NCBI GenBank assembly: GCA_017432545.1
Contig: JAFRJA010000045.1
Coordinates: 3,198-67,197, forward strand
Length of the DNA stretch: 64,000 bases
Direction: 5' to 3'
Source: Erysipelotrichaceae bacterium
Lineage (GTDB): Bacteria > Bacillota_I > Bacilli_A > Erysipelotrichales > Erysipelotrichaceae
Both the position numbers and the translations under genes were made by a program. Shown here piece after piece: positions 46,256 to 58,780 of the stretch. Under the pieces are notes generated by a model. It saw only the letters and a list, made by a program, of their open reading frames with translations. It made no database searches and was not told the origin of the DNA. Within the stretch, counting starts at the first letter, position 1, and each line of letters opens with the position of its first letter.

Positions 46256-46334
46256 TGTCAATTAAATATGATACGGGATCTCTATATGAGATCCTTTTAT
46301 TATGTGGTAGGTTGACTAAGTTTACCTAAAAATG

Positions 46335-46370
46335 GTCAACTTTGTATACATTTACGAACGCTGTTCAAAT
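46335..46370 (+). repeat. IRU copy (core only, diverged)
   Basis: GTCAACTTTGTATACATTTACGAACGCTGTTCAAATT. Confidence 0.5.
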
Positions 46371-46467
46371 TGGTAACTTATCTTTGCGATCAAATGCATG
46401 GAATAATTAAACACGACTTAATGGATCCTTAATAATTATTCGATAGAAGAATCGGTACAATTATTTT

Positions 46468-47232
46468 ATGAAGAATATGACAAAAATATTGATTATTTTT
46501 CTGTTGCTGATATGTGCCGGTTGCTCACCGGTTTCTGATGACAAGTATTACGCGATCGACCATTTCTACTTCTATGAAGAAGGTGATGAATTCAAAACAG
46601 CCTTTAACAAGGCCACTATCGACGTCTATAACTGGTATTCAGGCATTGAAGGTGAAGATGGCGTCTATATCCTGCATAGCGAACATTACAACGATGAGCT
46701 GCTTGATTCCTGGCGGGATAACAGGGTTTTTGGCAATATCCCTGATAAGGAGTTCTGGTATTTTGCCGTTTCTGAAAACTATCTGTATGACAGAGGCTAT
46801 GAACTAAACAAGGATGATAAGCAACTGATCAGAGCAGGAGTCCGCTTATATCTATTGCCTGATAAGCTTTCTAAAGAGGAAGGCGATCAGATGAAGGAAT
46901 TTCTAAAAGAGGATGCACTCTATGGCCTTATTGCTGAGCCGCTGATCAAGACAAGCTTTGAAACAGATCAGGAAATCGAATTCAAGACATATCATTCCGA
47001 TATCAGTCTCGAGACAGAGGAAGAAGGGGAGATCCGCAATCCCATCATCTTTGTCTGCAGCAGTGAAAATATGAGATTCTTTGAATCAGAGAGCCTGATC
47101 GCTACAGGCAAAAAAGACAGCTATATCAAGCTGACAAGGGATGTATATGAAAAATATGCCGGAGATAATCTTCCGGAAAAACTCAAGGAAAGAAGTTTCG
47201 CTTTCCTTCCTTTAAACAAGATCAAAAACTGA
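46468..47232 (+). CDS. lipoprotein of unknown function (254 aa)
   Basis: Signal LLLICAGCS. Confidence 0.65.
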   Translation: MKNMTKILIIFLLLICAGCSPVSDDKYYAIDHFYFYEEGDEFKTAFNKATIDVYNWYSGIEGEDGVYILHSEHYNDELLDSWRDNRVFGNIPDKEFWYFAVSENYLYDRGYELNKDDKQLIRAGVRLYLLPDKLSKEEGDQMKEFLKEDALYGLIAEPLIKTSFETDQEIEFKTYHSDISLETEEEGEIRNPIIFVCSSENMRFFESESLIATGKKDSYIKLTRDVYEKYAGDNLPEKLKERSFAFLPLNKIKN

Positions 47233-47409
47233 TTTACTCCGTATTGACCAAGCTGCTTATTATAATTCGACAGTTTTTGAACTTGATTCAATGAAAAACG
47301 ATCTCCGTTTTTATGATACGGAGTCTTTTTTTGTAATCGGGATGTAGAGGATAAATCATCTTTCTTTGGATGGCTTGTGTCATAATTAAAAAAACGAGGA
47401 GACAAGAGT

Positions 47410-49110
47410 ATGGAAAAGTTTAAAGATCTGGAATATATCCGTCCAAACTTTGAGGATACGGAAAAAGATATCTATGCGGCTTTGAAAGAATTCAATGAGG
47501 CAAGTGATTATGATGCGGCGAAGGAAGCTCTGTTTAAGAAACAGGAGATCAGCCGCGAATTTATGACGATGTCTTCGATCGCCCACATCCGCCACGATGT
47601 CGATATGGCCGATCCTTTCTATGATGAAGAGATTCAATATCTCAACAGCGTTTCACCAAAACTGGCGGTCGTAAACAAGGAATTCAATCTGGCATTGGCC
47701 AACTCGAAGTTTCGAAAAGATTTCGAAGAAGAATTCGGCGATCAGCTGTTCAAACTGCTGGATGCGGATATCCGCTGTAACAGCAGTGAAGTCATTGAAG
47801 AAAGAGTCAAAGAAGCCGGACTAGTGAATGAATATTCCAAGATCGCTGCTTCCTGCAAGACTGTCTTCAGAGACGAGGAATGCAACTTCTATGGATTACT
47901 GAAACACATGCTGTCGACAGATCGTAACGAAAGAAAAGAGGCGATGGAGAGCTGGGCGGCTTTATATGAGTCGGTATCCGATCAGCTCGATGACGTCTAT
48001 GGCCGTTTATGTGCTGTGCGCCGTGAGATCGCCGAAAAGCTGGGTTTCGAAAGCTATATCGACCTGGCCTATCTTTCCCGCCATCGTTTCGACTATACAC
48101 CTGCCGATATCGAAAATTTCAGAAAAGCAATCGTCAAATATGTCGTACCTCTTGCCGCAAAGATCCACGAAGCTCAGAAAGAGAGACTTGGTCTTGAAAA
48201 GCTGGAATACTATGATGAGCAGCTGTATTTCAAGGACGGCAACTCTACGCCGGACAAGGATACGGCCGGCATGATAAAAGCGGCAACTGCTATGTATCAT
48301 GAATTGTCAAAGGAGACGGGTGAATTCTTCGATTTCATGGTCGAATATGATCTCTTTGACCTGGAGACCAAGCCAAACAAACGCCTGGGTGGCTATTGCA
48401 GCGGCTTACCCAAATATAAGGCACCTTTCATTTTCTCCAATTTCAATAAGACCAGTGCCGATACGGAAGTCCTGACGCATGAAGCGGGACACGCCTTTGA
48501 ATCCTATATCGCCAACCGGAATCAGGTTTTGGCGGAATATACCCATTCCACTTCGGAGATCAACGAGATCCATTCCATGGCCATGGAATTCTTTACGGAA
48601 CCCTGGTATCCGCTCTTTTATCCGGAGGGTGAAGGAAAGCAATACGTCTATGAACATCTTGCGGAGAGTTTTGCTAACATCACATATCTGGTCAGTGTCG
48701 ATGAATTTCAGCATCGGGTCTTTGAAGATGATCAGCCTTCAGCTCAACAGTTGCGTCAGGTCTGGAAAAACATCGAAGAAAAGTTCATGCCCTGGCGTAG
48801 CTATGGGGATAACGATTTTTTGAACAATGGCGGTTTCTGGATGCAGAAGCAGCACATCTTCATGTATCCGTTCTACTATGTGGATTACGCTCTGGCGATG
48901 ATCTGTGCTTTGCAGTTCTATCTGCGGATGCGCAAGGATAGGGAAGGGGCTTGGAGCGACTATATGAAACTTTGTTCATTGGGCGGATCATTGGGTTACT
49001 TCGATCTGCTTAAACAGGCGGGACTTAAAAATCCGTTTGAAGAGGAGACGATCAAGGAAGTTGCTGATGGGGTCGCAGAAGTCCTGCAGGAGATGGAAGA
49101 GACGCTGTAA
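47410..49110 (+). CDS. pepF: M3-family oligoendopeptidase F
   Basis: HEAGHAFE zinc motif plus a downstream E; length and layout match M3B peptidases. Confidence 0.9.
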   Translation: MEKFKDLEYIRPNFEDTEKDIYAALKEFNEASDYDAAKEALFKKQEISREFMTMSSIAHIRHDVDMADPFYDEEIQYLNSVSPKLAVVNKEFNLALANSKFRKDFEEEFGDQLFKLLDADIRCNSSEVIEERVKEAGLVNEYSKIAASCKTVFRDEECNFYGLLKHMLSTDRNERKEAMESWAALYESVSDQLDDVYGRLCAVRREIAEKLGFESYIDLAYLSRHRFDYTPADIENFRKAIVKYVVPLAAKIHEAQKERLGLEKLEYYDEQLYFKDGNSTPDKDTAGMIKAATAMYHELSKETGEFFDFMVEYDLFDLETKPNKRLGGYCSGLPKYKAPFIFSNFNKTSADTEVLTHEAGHAFESYIANRNQVLAEYTHSTSEINEIHSMAMEFFTEPWYPLFYPEGEGKQYVYEHLAESFANITYLVSVDEFQHRVFEDDQPSAQQLRQVWKNIEEKFMPWRSYGDNDFLNNGGFWMQKQHIFMYPFYYVDYALAMICALQFYLRMRKDREGAWSDYMKLCSLGGSLGYFDLLKQAGLKNPFEEETIKEVADGVAEVLQEMEETL

Positions 49111-49121
49111 TAAAGGATCAG

Positions 49122-49149
49122 GCAGGAATCACATGGTTCCTGCTTTTTT
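49122..49149 (+). terminator. intrinsic terminator after pepF
   Basis: GCAGGAA-TCACATGG-TTCCTGC followed by TTTTTT. Confidence 0.8.
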
Positions 49150-49236
49150 GTAACGATAAAAGACTTTAATTCGATCTTAAGAAGAAGCTGAACAAGATGA
49201 TGCCTGAGTGGCAGGGGATTGGTTTATAATCTAATT

Positions 49237-50478
49237 ATGAAGTTCAAAAGCCGGGTATTGATGATCATTATTCTGGGGGCGATGCTGACGCTGACGCTTT
49301 TAGGTGCTTTAACGCTGGATAAAAAAGAATCTAAGGTACCGGAAGAAGTGATCGAAAACGATAGCCAGGAAGAAAATACGGTTGTTCCTGTTACCTTCAA
49401 GGGTCAGATCGAAGATGAATATGGTGTTGCAAAGGAAGTGATGGATGTCATCGTTTCCTATATGGATGCCTACTATACCAGCATCTTCACACTTGAAAAG
49501 AGAGATATGAGCGACCTATTCGACAACGAACTGATGGCGGCGGTGAGTGATAAGGCTGTTTCTTTGCTGATCGAAACGCGTAAGGATTATGACTTCGATT
49601 TTACGATGAAGGCCGCTCACTATGATTTAAAGGTCGTAGCTTATGAAGAAAACGGCGATGAATATAGGGTCGATATCCTGGAAGACGATTATATGAGTTT
49701 TTCTTTTCTGCCGGGTATCGAATCGAAGACCTATGAAGTCGAAAACTATTTCCGGATCAAAAAAAGCGATGGCGTTTACAGGATAAATGATCTGGAAAAG
49801 GTGCAGGGTTACTACATGACTTTCTATGACAATGCGGAGAGTGTCGAAGATACCGATGAGATCTATGTTTATTATCGCAAACAGCTCAAGGATATGCACG
49901 CCTACAATGATGAGGTGCTGAAAGTTAAAGCGCAAAAGACGCCTTATACGGCATCCAAGTCCTTTGTCAAGGCCTACGATCGGGATAAGGCTGTCGCCTA
50001 TGCCGATACCTACTACCATGAACGCAACAAGGATTGGTACAACTTCACCGATGAAGGCGGAAATTGTCAGAACTATGCTTCTCAATGTCTGTTACAGGGC
50101 GGCATCGAGATGGATTTTTATGGCGAGGAACAGTGGAAGTGCTACATCAATGATCCGGACTACGATCCCTATATCAATGAGGATGAGACGCCGGAAGGCA
50201 GGACCCGTTCCTGGGTCAATGTCGGCTATTTCTACAATTACGCCAAATACAATGAAGGCAAGGGCCTGGTGGCGGAAGCTAACGCCAATCTTTATTATGC
50301 GCAACCTAGTGACATCATCATGGTCGGCAACGGTGGTTTGGCTCATACGGTCATCGTTTCCAAGGTGGTCGATGGCCATATCCTGGTGGATTCCAATTCC
50401 ATCGATATGAAGGATTATCCGATCGAAGCCTATACCTATACCGACATCATGCTGATAAAGATTCTGGGCAATAATTGA
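49237..50478 (+). CDS. membrane-anchored putative amidase-domain protein
   Basis: N-terminal TM segment. YDRDKAVAYADTYY...GGNCQNYASQCLLQGG...HTVIV resembles the putative amidase (Amidase_6) domain with a Cys/His pair. Confidence 0.7.
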   Translation: MKFKSRVLMIIILGAMLTLTLLGALTLDKKESKVPEEVIENDSQEENTVVPVTFKGQIEDEYGVAKEVMDVIVSYMDAYYTSIFTLEKRDMSDLFDNELMAAVSDKAVSLLIETRKDYDFDFTMKAAHYDLKVVAYEENGDEYRVDILEDDYMSFSFLPGIESKTYEVENYFRIKKSDGVYRINDLEKVQGYYMTFYDNAESVEDTDEIYVYYRKQLKDMHAYNDEVLKVKAQKTPYTASKSFVKAYDRDKAVAYADTYYHERNKDWYNFTDEGGNCQNYASQCLLQGGIEMDFYGEEQWKCYINDPDYDPYINEDETPEGRTRSWVNVGYFYNYAKYNEGKGLVAEANANLYYAQPSDIIMVGNGGLAHTVIVSKVVDGHILVDSNSIDMKDYPIEAYTYTDIMLIKILGNN

Positions 50479-50525
50479 TAGTTTAAACACATAAAAAATA
50501 TCGAGTGATAATGGGGTGCTAATGT

Positions 50526-50552
50526 TTAGCACTCTTATTGACTGAGTGCTAT
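50526..50552. promoter_or_regulatory. CIRCE operator (HrcA binding site)
   Basis: TTAGCACTC-N9-GAGTGCTAT compared with the consensus TTAGCACTC-N9-GAGTGCTAA, directly upstream of groES. Confidence 0.9.
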
Positions 50553-50590
50553 AAATGGTTATAATAGAGTATGGTAAGGAGGAAATTAAC

Positions 50591-52503
<1,913 letters not shown>

Positions 52504-52524
52504 GCCAAATTAAGTAAAGTTTCA

Positions 52525-52567
52525 AAACCCTGCTTATAGGAATGTACCTGTTAAGCAGGGTTTTTTA
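52525..52567 (+). terminator. intrinsic terminator after groEL
   Basis: AAAACCCTGCTTA ... TAAGCAGGGTTTTTT. Confidence 0.85.
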
Positions 52568-52600
52568 TGTTATACTTTTTAAAAATTAGGAGGACTTATT

Positions 52601-54439
52601 ATGCCACCTGGAGGATTGGGGCCAAGAGGTTTCTTGACCGATGAAGAAAAACAGAACGTTCCAAAGGTCTCGAAAGAACTGATCTTTCGTATCCTTAAAT
52701 ATCTATCGCCTTACTGGTTGCAGTTAGGCATCGTCTTTGCGATCATCATATTGTCTTCGGTGCTGGGCTTGCTTCCATCTTTGATCACAGCCCGGATCAT
52801 CGATGATGCGATCTTAGGCAAGAACTTTACTTTATTGATACAGCTGGTCCTTCTGGCCATTCTTACATTGGCCATTTCCAATATCGTTGGCGTGCTGGAA
52901 TCCTATATCAACAGCTGGGTATCACAGCGTATCGTCTTCGATATGAAAAACGAGATGTTTGCCCATCTGCAGACCATGCCGCATTCCTTCTTCACTTCCG
53001 AGAAGCAGGGTGATATCATCACCAGGATGAATTCCGATATCTCGGGAGTGGCGACGGTCATCTCTTCGATACTGACCAATATCATTTCCAACGTCTGTAC
53101 TGTCGTGACGACGATCGTGGCGCTGTTTAGGATCGATGCCAAACTATCATTGATCGGTATCCTGGTCATTCCTTTGCTGGTCTTACCGACCAAGTCGGCC
53201 GGCAAGAACCGCTGGCAACTGCTTTCACAGTCAAGAGAAAAGGATGACGAACTAAACGATATCATCAACGAGTCGCTGTCCGTCTCCGGTTCTTTGTTAA
53301 TAAAGCTATTTACTCAGGAAGATAACATCAATAAGAAGTTTGAAGCCGTCAACAAGGAAGTCATCGACCTTTCCGTCAAGGAATCAAGAGCCGGTTCCTG
53401 GTTCAGAGTCGTGATGGGTATCTTCACAAATCTCGGACCTCTGCTCATCTATCTGGCCGGCGGTTATCTGATCATCAAGCTAAACGATACGGCGATCTCC
53501 GTAGGTACGATCACGGCTACCGTCAATATGATCAACCGTCTATACAGACCGGTGGAATCGCTGCTCAACGTTTCCGTCGACCTGACCCGTTCGATGGCCT
53601 TGTTTACCAGGATCTTCTCCTACCTGGATATGGATCCCGAGGTCAAAAACAGCAATGTCAACATCAAACCGAGTTTTGCGAAGAAGACCCAGATCAATTA
53701 CGAAAATGTCGAATTCTATTATTCCAAGGATGTACCTCTGATCAAGGATCTTTCTTTTGAAGTTCCTTCCGGCAAGATGTATGCGATCGTTGGGCCTTCC
53801 GGTTCGGGCAAGTCGACGGTCGTCAATCTGCTGCCGCGTTTATATGATGTAAAATCCGGAGCGGTCAAGATCAACGGTTCGGATGTCAGAGACATCGAAT
53901 TGAAGTATCTGCGTTCCAATATCGGTATGGTCACCCAGGAAGCCTACATGTTCAACGGCACGATCAGAGAAAATCTCTTGTTTGCCAAGGCTGACGCCAC
54001 GCAAGAAGAGATCGAGAATGCCTGCAAGATCGCCAATATCCACGACTTTATCATCTCGCAACCCGAAGGTTACGATACCCCGGTCGGTAACAGAGGTTTG
54101 AAACTATCAGGTGGCGAGAAGCAGCGTCTTTCGATCGCTCGTGTCATTTTGAAGGATCCCAAGATCCTGATCCTGGATGAAGCGACTTCGGCATTGGATT
54201 CCATTTCTGAAAGTTCCATTCAGAATGCCTTGGATGTTTTGATGCAGGGCAGAACTTCCATCGTCATCGCTCACCGTCTTTCAACGATCTTACAGGCGGA
54301 CAAGATCCTGGTCATCTCCGATGGCCGCATCGTCGAGCAGGGCGGACATGAGGAACTGATCGCCATGAATGGCGTCTATAAGCAGTTATATGAGACGCAA
54401 TTCAGAAAAGTGATCGAAATGGAGAATGCGAAAGTGTAG
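52601..54439 (+). CDS. ABC exporter, fused permease/ATPase (MsbA/LmrA-like)
   Basis: Six-TM N-terminal domain, Walker A GPSGSGKST, signature LSGGEKQR, and Walker B ILILDEA. Confidence 0.9.
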   Translation: MPPGGLGPRGFLTDEEKQNVPKVSKELIFRILKYLSPYWLQLGIVFAIIILSSVLGLLPSLITARIIDDAILGKNFTLLIQLVLLAILTLAISNIVGVLESYINSWVSQRIVFDMKNEMFAHLQTMPHSFFTSEKQGDIITRMNSDISGVATVISSILTNIISNVCTVVTTIVALFRIDAKLSLIGILVIPLLVLPTKSAGKNRWQLLSQSREKDDELNDIINESLSVSGSLLIKLFTQEDNINKKFEAVNKEVIDLSVKESRAGSWFRVVMGIFTNLGPLLIYLAGGYLIIKLNDTAISVGTITATVNMINRLYRPVESLLNVSVDLTRSMALFTRIFSYLDMDPEVKNSNVNIKPSFAKKTQINYENVEFYYSKDVPLIKDLSFEVPSGKMYAIVGPSGSGKSTVVNLLPRLYDVKSGAVKINGSDVRDIELKYLRSNIGMVTQEAYMFNGTIRENLLFAKADATQEEIENACKIANIHDFIISQPEGYDTPVGNRGLKLSGGEKQRLSIARVILKDPKILILDEATSALDSISESSIQNALDVLMQGRTSIVIAHRLSTILQADKILVISDGRIVEQGGHEELIAMNGVYKQLYETQFRKVIEMENAKV

Positions 54440-54614
54440 ATTTGTAAATATTTTCAGTGAAAAGAATATTTTTTCAGGAAATGTAATTAATTTCACAAAT
54501 ATTTCACAAAACTGCTGTATAGTTATAACGTAAAAGTTTTTCATTTTTAAATCCTTTGAAAAGAAGTAGGACAAATGTCCTATTTTCTTTTCTTTCATGT
54601 ATAATATTGATTGT

Positions 54615-54689
54615 GGCCCCATAGTCTAATGGATCAAACAATCCCCTCCTAAGGGATAGTTACAGGTTCGATTCCTGTTGGGGCCGCCA
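54615..54689 (+). tRNA. tRNA-Arg (anticodon CCU)
   Basis: GGCCCCA-TA-GTCTAATGGATCAAAC-A-ATCCC-CTCCTAA-GGGAT-AGTT-ACAGGTTCGATTCCTGT-TGGGGCC-G-CCA. Confidence 0.9.
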
Positions 54690-54709
54690 TCTCTTTACAA
54701 GATCTGAAA

Positions 54710-54744
54710 GGCGACCCTTGAACAGCTGTGTGGTCGTCTTTTTT
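54710..54744 (+). terminator. terminator after tRNA-Arg
   Basis: GGCGACC ... GGTCGTC stem followed by TTTTTT. Confidence 0.6.
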
Positions 54745-54773
54745 CATTAAAAAGTATTATTCAGGAGGACATT

Positions 54774-55664
54774 ATGCAAAGTATCCAATCGTTTATGATG
54801 AATCTTATCTTCCGTATGATGCCGCATGATAAGCCGGGAGAGGCTCATGACTATGTCGCGGAAAGAAAAAGAAACGACCGAGAACCGCTCAAATGTCCTG
54901 ATGGCGTAACGATCAAAGAGATATTCCTCAACGACATGTCCGGTGAACATCTGCATAAAGACGGGAATAATAAAGGCCTGGTTTTCTATATCCACGGCGG
55001 CGGTTTTACTACCGGTTCGGCCAAGGAAAGAAGGATGCTTACCCAGTACATCGTCGATCATTACGGATATGACTGTATCGCGATCAACTACCGCCTTGCC
55101 CCGGAAAACAAGTGGCCTTTGCAGATAGAAGACTGCTACAGCGCTTATCAGAATCTTTTGAAAGAATATGACAGCAGGGATGTGATCTTTATGGGCGAGA
55201 GTGCCGGAGCAACGGCAGCTTTGTCACTGGGCCTGCTGGCAAAACAAAGAGGACTCGCATTGCCCAAGGCCATCGTCGCTTTTTCGCCGGCTACCGATCA
55301 GTATGAAGATCTTCCTTCACATAAGGGAAACATCAAAACCGACTATATGTTAAGAGATGCCGTAGCCAAAGGTATGGCGGATGTCCTGTTCGATCATGAA
55401 GTGGATAGAGAAGTGCTGAAAGATCCGCTCTTATCTCCTTACTATGGCGACTTTAATGGACTGCCGCCGATCTTTCTTTCGGCCAGTGACTCCGAGACCT
55501 TATACGATGATACGATCGTTTTGTATGAGAAACTGAAAAAAGAAGGGCATATAGTTGAAAAGGATATCCGCCACAAAGTGTGTCACGCCTATCAGATGAT
55601 GCCGTTTATTCCGGAGGCCAGGAAAACCTTGAACAGGTGCTTTGGCTTTCTTGATAACCTATAA
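54774..55664 (+). CDS. alpha/beta hydrolase (HSL-type esterase/lipase)
   Basis: HGGGF oxyanion motif and GESAGA nucleophile elbow. Confidence 0.85.
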   Translation: MQSIQSFMMNLIFRMMPHDKPGEAHDYVAERKRNDREPLKCPDGVTIKEIFLNDMSGEHLHKDGNNKGLVFYIHGGGFTTGSAKERRMLTQYIVDHYGYDCIAINYRLAPENKWPLQIEDCYSAYQNLLKEYDSRDVIFMGESAGATAALSLGLLAKQRGLALPKAIVAFSPATDQYEDLPSHKGNIKTDYMLRDAVAKGMADVLFDHEVDREVLKDPLLSPYYGDFNGLPPIFLSASDSETLYDDTIVLYEKLKKEGHIVEKDIRHKVCHAYQMMPFIPEARKTLNRCFGFLDNL

Positions 55665-55824
55665 AGTCTTTAATTCAAAAATAAAAGAAAATGACAGAAA
55701 GATCCTTGAATCAAATGGTTTCTGTCATTTTTAATTTTGCAGTGTATCGATATACATAGACAAGTTTGCCTCCTGCTTAGGCAATTAAACCGAAGGATAA
55801 GTTATAATGGATTAAAGGAAGAAA

Positions 55825-57294
55825 ATGATGTTTACAATCAAGGCTTGCGGGACAAGAGGATCATTCCCCCGCAGTGAAGAGAAATATCGAAAATACGGAG
55901 GCCATACCAGCTGTTTCTATGTCGATACGGCCTTGGCCTATAAGGAGCTTTATGATGCCTCACTTACCGGCATCGTCAATTTGACTTTGGATCCCGATGG
56001 GATGATCAGACATGCGGTCCTGAACTATGAAGGTGAAGATGGCCAAAGCCCTTCCTTTGCCTTGCAGGTGGCTAGGCTTTACGCGGAAAATGCAGGAGTT
56101 GAATTAAAGACCGGCAAAGATGATGACCGTTATCTGATGTATACCTATCCAACAGGCGGTTATCGGGAAGGCATCAGTTTTATCGATGTGCTTGAAGACA
56201 AGTATCCTTCTTCCTATTTTGCGGACAAGATCGTCCTGGTAGGAGCCTGTGCCAGTACGATGCAGGATGAGTACCTGACGGCCATTTCCCATGGAAAGGC
56301 GATGTATGGGGTCGAGGTCCATGCCAATGTCATTGAAAGTCTTTTGCAGGATAAGGTATACAGCGAAGTAAACGATAATATTCAGCGTTTCATCATGGCT
56401 TTGATCATGCTGGCAGAGATCGCTGTTTTCTCATATTGCCGCTTGAGAGGTATCCTGGGTGGCTGGCTCACGGCTTTTATCGGCTGGATAGGTCTTTGCC
56501 TGCTAGGGTCTTATTCAAAAGTGCTGTTTCATGTTTTGTGGATTCCCTTTGGGGTCACGGTTTTATTTATCGCGGCGATCGGCGGACGTTTTGTGGCCGA
56601 GTACGCTTCCCGCAAGAAGCTGCGTGATCAGTTTGAACGCTATGTCGATCCGACTATCTTAAAGAAGATCCTGGACAGTGGAAATGAAGAGCTCAAACTT
56701 GAAGGCAAGCAGGCATTGATTGCTGTGCTTTTCGTCGATATCTGCGGTTTCACTTCTCTTTCAGAGAAACTGGAGCCGGAAGAAGTAGTGAAGATCCTCA
56801 ATAAATATCTGGAAATGGTTACGGAGTGCATCATGAGATATGAGGGCACTCTGGATAAGTTCATCGGTGACTGTGCCATGGCGTTCTGGAATGCGCCGTT
56901 TGAACAGGATGAACCGGTACAGCTGGCTTTGAAGGCGGCTATCGATATGATCAAGGGAGCTGAAAGGCTCAATGATGATTTGGGCTTCGATCTGGGTTTT
57001 GCGATCGGTATTCATTGCGGTAAGGCAGTCATCGGCAATATCGGCAGCTACAAGCGTATGGATTTCACGGCTATCGGTGATACGGTCAATACTGCTTCCA
57101 GGCTGGAAGGATTGAAGATCACCGGACATCAAAGGGAAGGACAGATTTATATTTCTGAAGATGTTAAGGATGTATTACAGGATAAATATGCATACATCGA
57201 TCTGGGCAGACAGCCTTTGAAAGGCAAACAAGAGGCTTTCCAGGTCTATGCGATAGATTTAAGTGACGAGGTTAAAGAAAATGGCCAGGAATAG
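55825..57294 (+). CDS. class III adenylate/guanylate cyclase with partial CHASE2 sensor and TM region (chimeric N-terminus)
   Basis: The cyclase catalytic core has VLFVDICGFTSL and GDCAMAFWNAP. Upstream lie a CHASE2-like segment and TM helices. The first approximately 33 aa look like a metallo-beta-lactamase-fold N-terminus. Confidence 0.75.
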   Translation: MMFTIKACGTRGSFPRSEEKYRKYGGHTSCFYVDTALAYKELYDASLTGIVNLTLDPDGMIRHAVLNYEGEDGQSPSFALQVARLYAENAGVELKTGKDDDRYLMYTYPTGGYREGISFIDVLEDKYPSSYFADKIVLVGACASTMQDEYLTAISHGKAMYGVEVHANVIESLLQDKVYSEVNDNIQRFIMALIMLAEIAVFSYCRLRGILGGWLTAFIGWIGLCLLGSYSKVLFHVLWIPFGVTVLFIAAIGGRFVAEYASRKKLRDQFERYVDPTILKKILDSGNEELKLEGKQALIAVLFVDICGFTSLSEKLEPEEVVKILNKYLEMVTECIMRYEGTLDKFIGDCAMAFWNAPFEQDEPVQLALKAAIDMIKGAERLNDDLGFDLGFAIGIHCGKAVIGNIGSYKRMDFTAIGDTVNTASRLEGLKITGHQREGQIYISEDVKDVLQDKYAYIDLGRQPLKGKQEAFQVYAIDLSDEVKENGQE

Positions 57295-58780
57295 ACGCGA
57301 CCTGCATCTTTTAAAACTGAAAGGCGGCCTTTCCACTGCAGAAGCAGCCAAGATCGATGCCTTTTTTGAGCAGTTGATGAGTGATAAAGACTTGCCGATA
57401 TTGGGTAAGAGTCTTTTGCATGAACACTTTGTGGCCGGTTTTGAATACTACTTACAAAAAGGCAAGAGTGTCGATGATATCTGCAAGCTTCTGGATCTTT
57501 CCTATCTGGGGGATTTCTATTCCGGCAAGAAGCGTACCTCCTATTCATTAGACAACGCGGCCATCGTCTATCCTTTGGGCATGAAGTATGGCCAGATGCC
57601 GATGTTCAGATTGGCGGTAGAACTAAAGGAAGATATTCAACCCGTACTCTTGCAGCTGGCTTTGGACTTCACGTTGAAGCGTTTTCCGACTTTTTCCGCC
57701 GTCATCAAGAACGGTTTCTTCTGGCATTATCTGGAAACGGTCAATTCCGTCTTTCTGATCGAAGAGGAGAAGGACATTCCCTGCAAACCGATTTCCATAT
57801 TGTTAAGGTCCTATCGCTCGTTCAGAGTCCTTTACTATCGCAAGCGTTTAAGTGTTGAGTACTTCCATGTGTTGACGGACGGTTCGGGTGGTATGGTGTT
57901 TTTGAAGACTTTGTTAAGTGAATATCTGCGCTTGAAGGAAATAAGTGTCCCCAAGGAGAAAGGTGTTCTGGATGTCAACGGACAGATCGATGAAGCGGAA
58001 CTGGTGAATGAGTTCAAGAAGGCGGAAGGGGAATCGTCTTTTGCGACTTTCATGGATAAGAAGTCGCTGCAGCTTGATGGCAAGAGGATGAAGACCAATA
58101 TCAGTCGCATCATCCATTTTGAAATGGATACCGATAAACTGCATGAGACAGCCCGTTCTTACGGGGCGACCATCACGGCCTATATGACAGCCTTGATCTT
58201 TCTGGCGGCCGAAAAATGCGTAAGTTCCAAAAAGGGGATCTTCAATATTCAGATCCCGGTCAATATGCGCAAGTTCAACGGTTCCAAGACTTTGCGCAAC
58301 TATTCGATGTATTTCAATGCCAGCATGGAACTGGATAAACTGCCGGAAAAGGAAGAACTGATCAAGCAGATCGCTGCCCAGATCAAGGAAAGAGGAAGCG
58401 AGGACATGATGAAGCAGATGATGAAGACGACGGAAAAGCTGATCGATACTTTATCCTTCGTACCTTTATTTCTGAAAGTGCCGATCATGCAGAACCTGTA
58501 CGGTTATATGTCCAATTCCATTATCGCCTGTACGCTGTCGAATCTGGGGGTTGTAGAATTACCAAGAGCAATGGAGAAGCAGATCGACAAGGCCAGTTTC
58601 CTGCTGGTTCCGGGTGCTCCCAACAGGGCGTCAGCGACTTTAGTCAGCGTTTGCGGAACCAGTGTTTTTACGATCATCAAGAACAGCGATGATCCCCGTT
58701 TTGAAAATGAGCTTTATAAACTGTTAAAAGAAGACGAACTTATCGAAAAGGTGGAAGGGAGCGTCGAATATGAATCCTAG
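57281..58780 (+). CDS. HxxxD-motif acyltransferase (condensation / alcohol acetyltransferase-like)
   Basis: FHVLTDGSGG catalytic motif. About 500 aa. Confidence 0.6.
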   Translation: MARNRRDLHLLKLKGGLSTAEAAKIDAFFEQLMSDKDLPILGKSLLHEHFVAGFEYYLQKGKSVDDICKLLDLSYLGDFYSGKKRTSYSLDNAAIVYPLGMKYGQMPMFRLAVELKEDIQPVLLQLALDFTLKRFPTFSAVIKNGFFWHYLETVNSVFLIEEEKDIPCKPISILLRSYRSFRVLYYRKRLSVEYFHVLTDGSGGMVFLKTLLSEYLRLKEISVPKEKGVLDVNGQIDEAELVNEFKKAEGESSFATFMDKKSLQLDGKRMKTNISRIIHFEMDTDKLHETARSYGATITAYMTALIFLAAEKCVSSKKGIFNIQIPVNMRKFNGSKTLRNYSMYFNASMELDKLPEKEELIKQIAAQIKERGSEDMMKQMMKTTEKLIDTLSFVPLFLKVPIMQNLYGYMSNSIIACTLSNLGVVELPRAMEKQIDKASFLLVPGAPNRASATLVSVCGTSVFTIIKNSDDPRFENELYKLLKEDELIEKVEGSVEYES

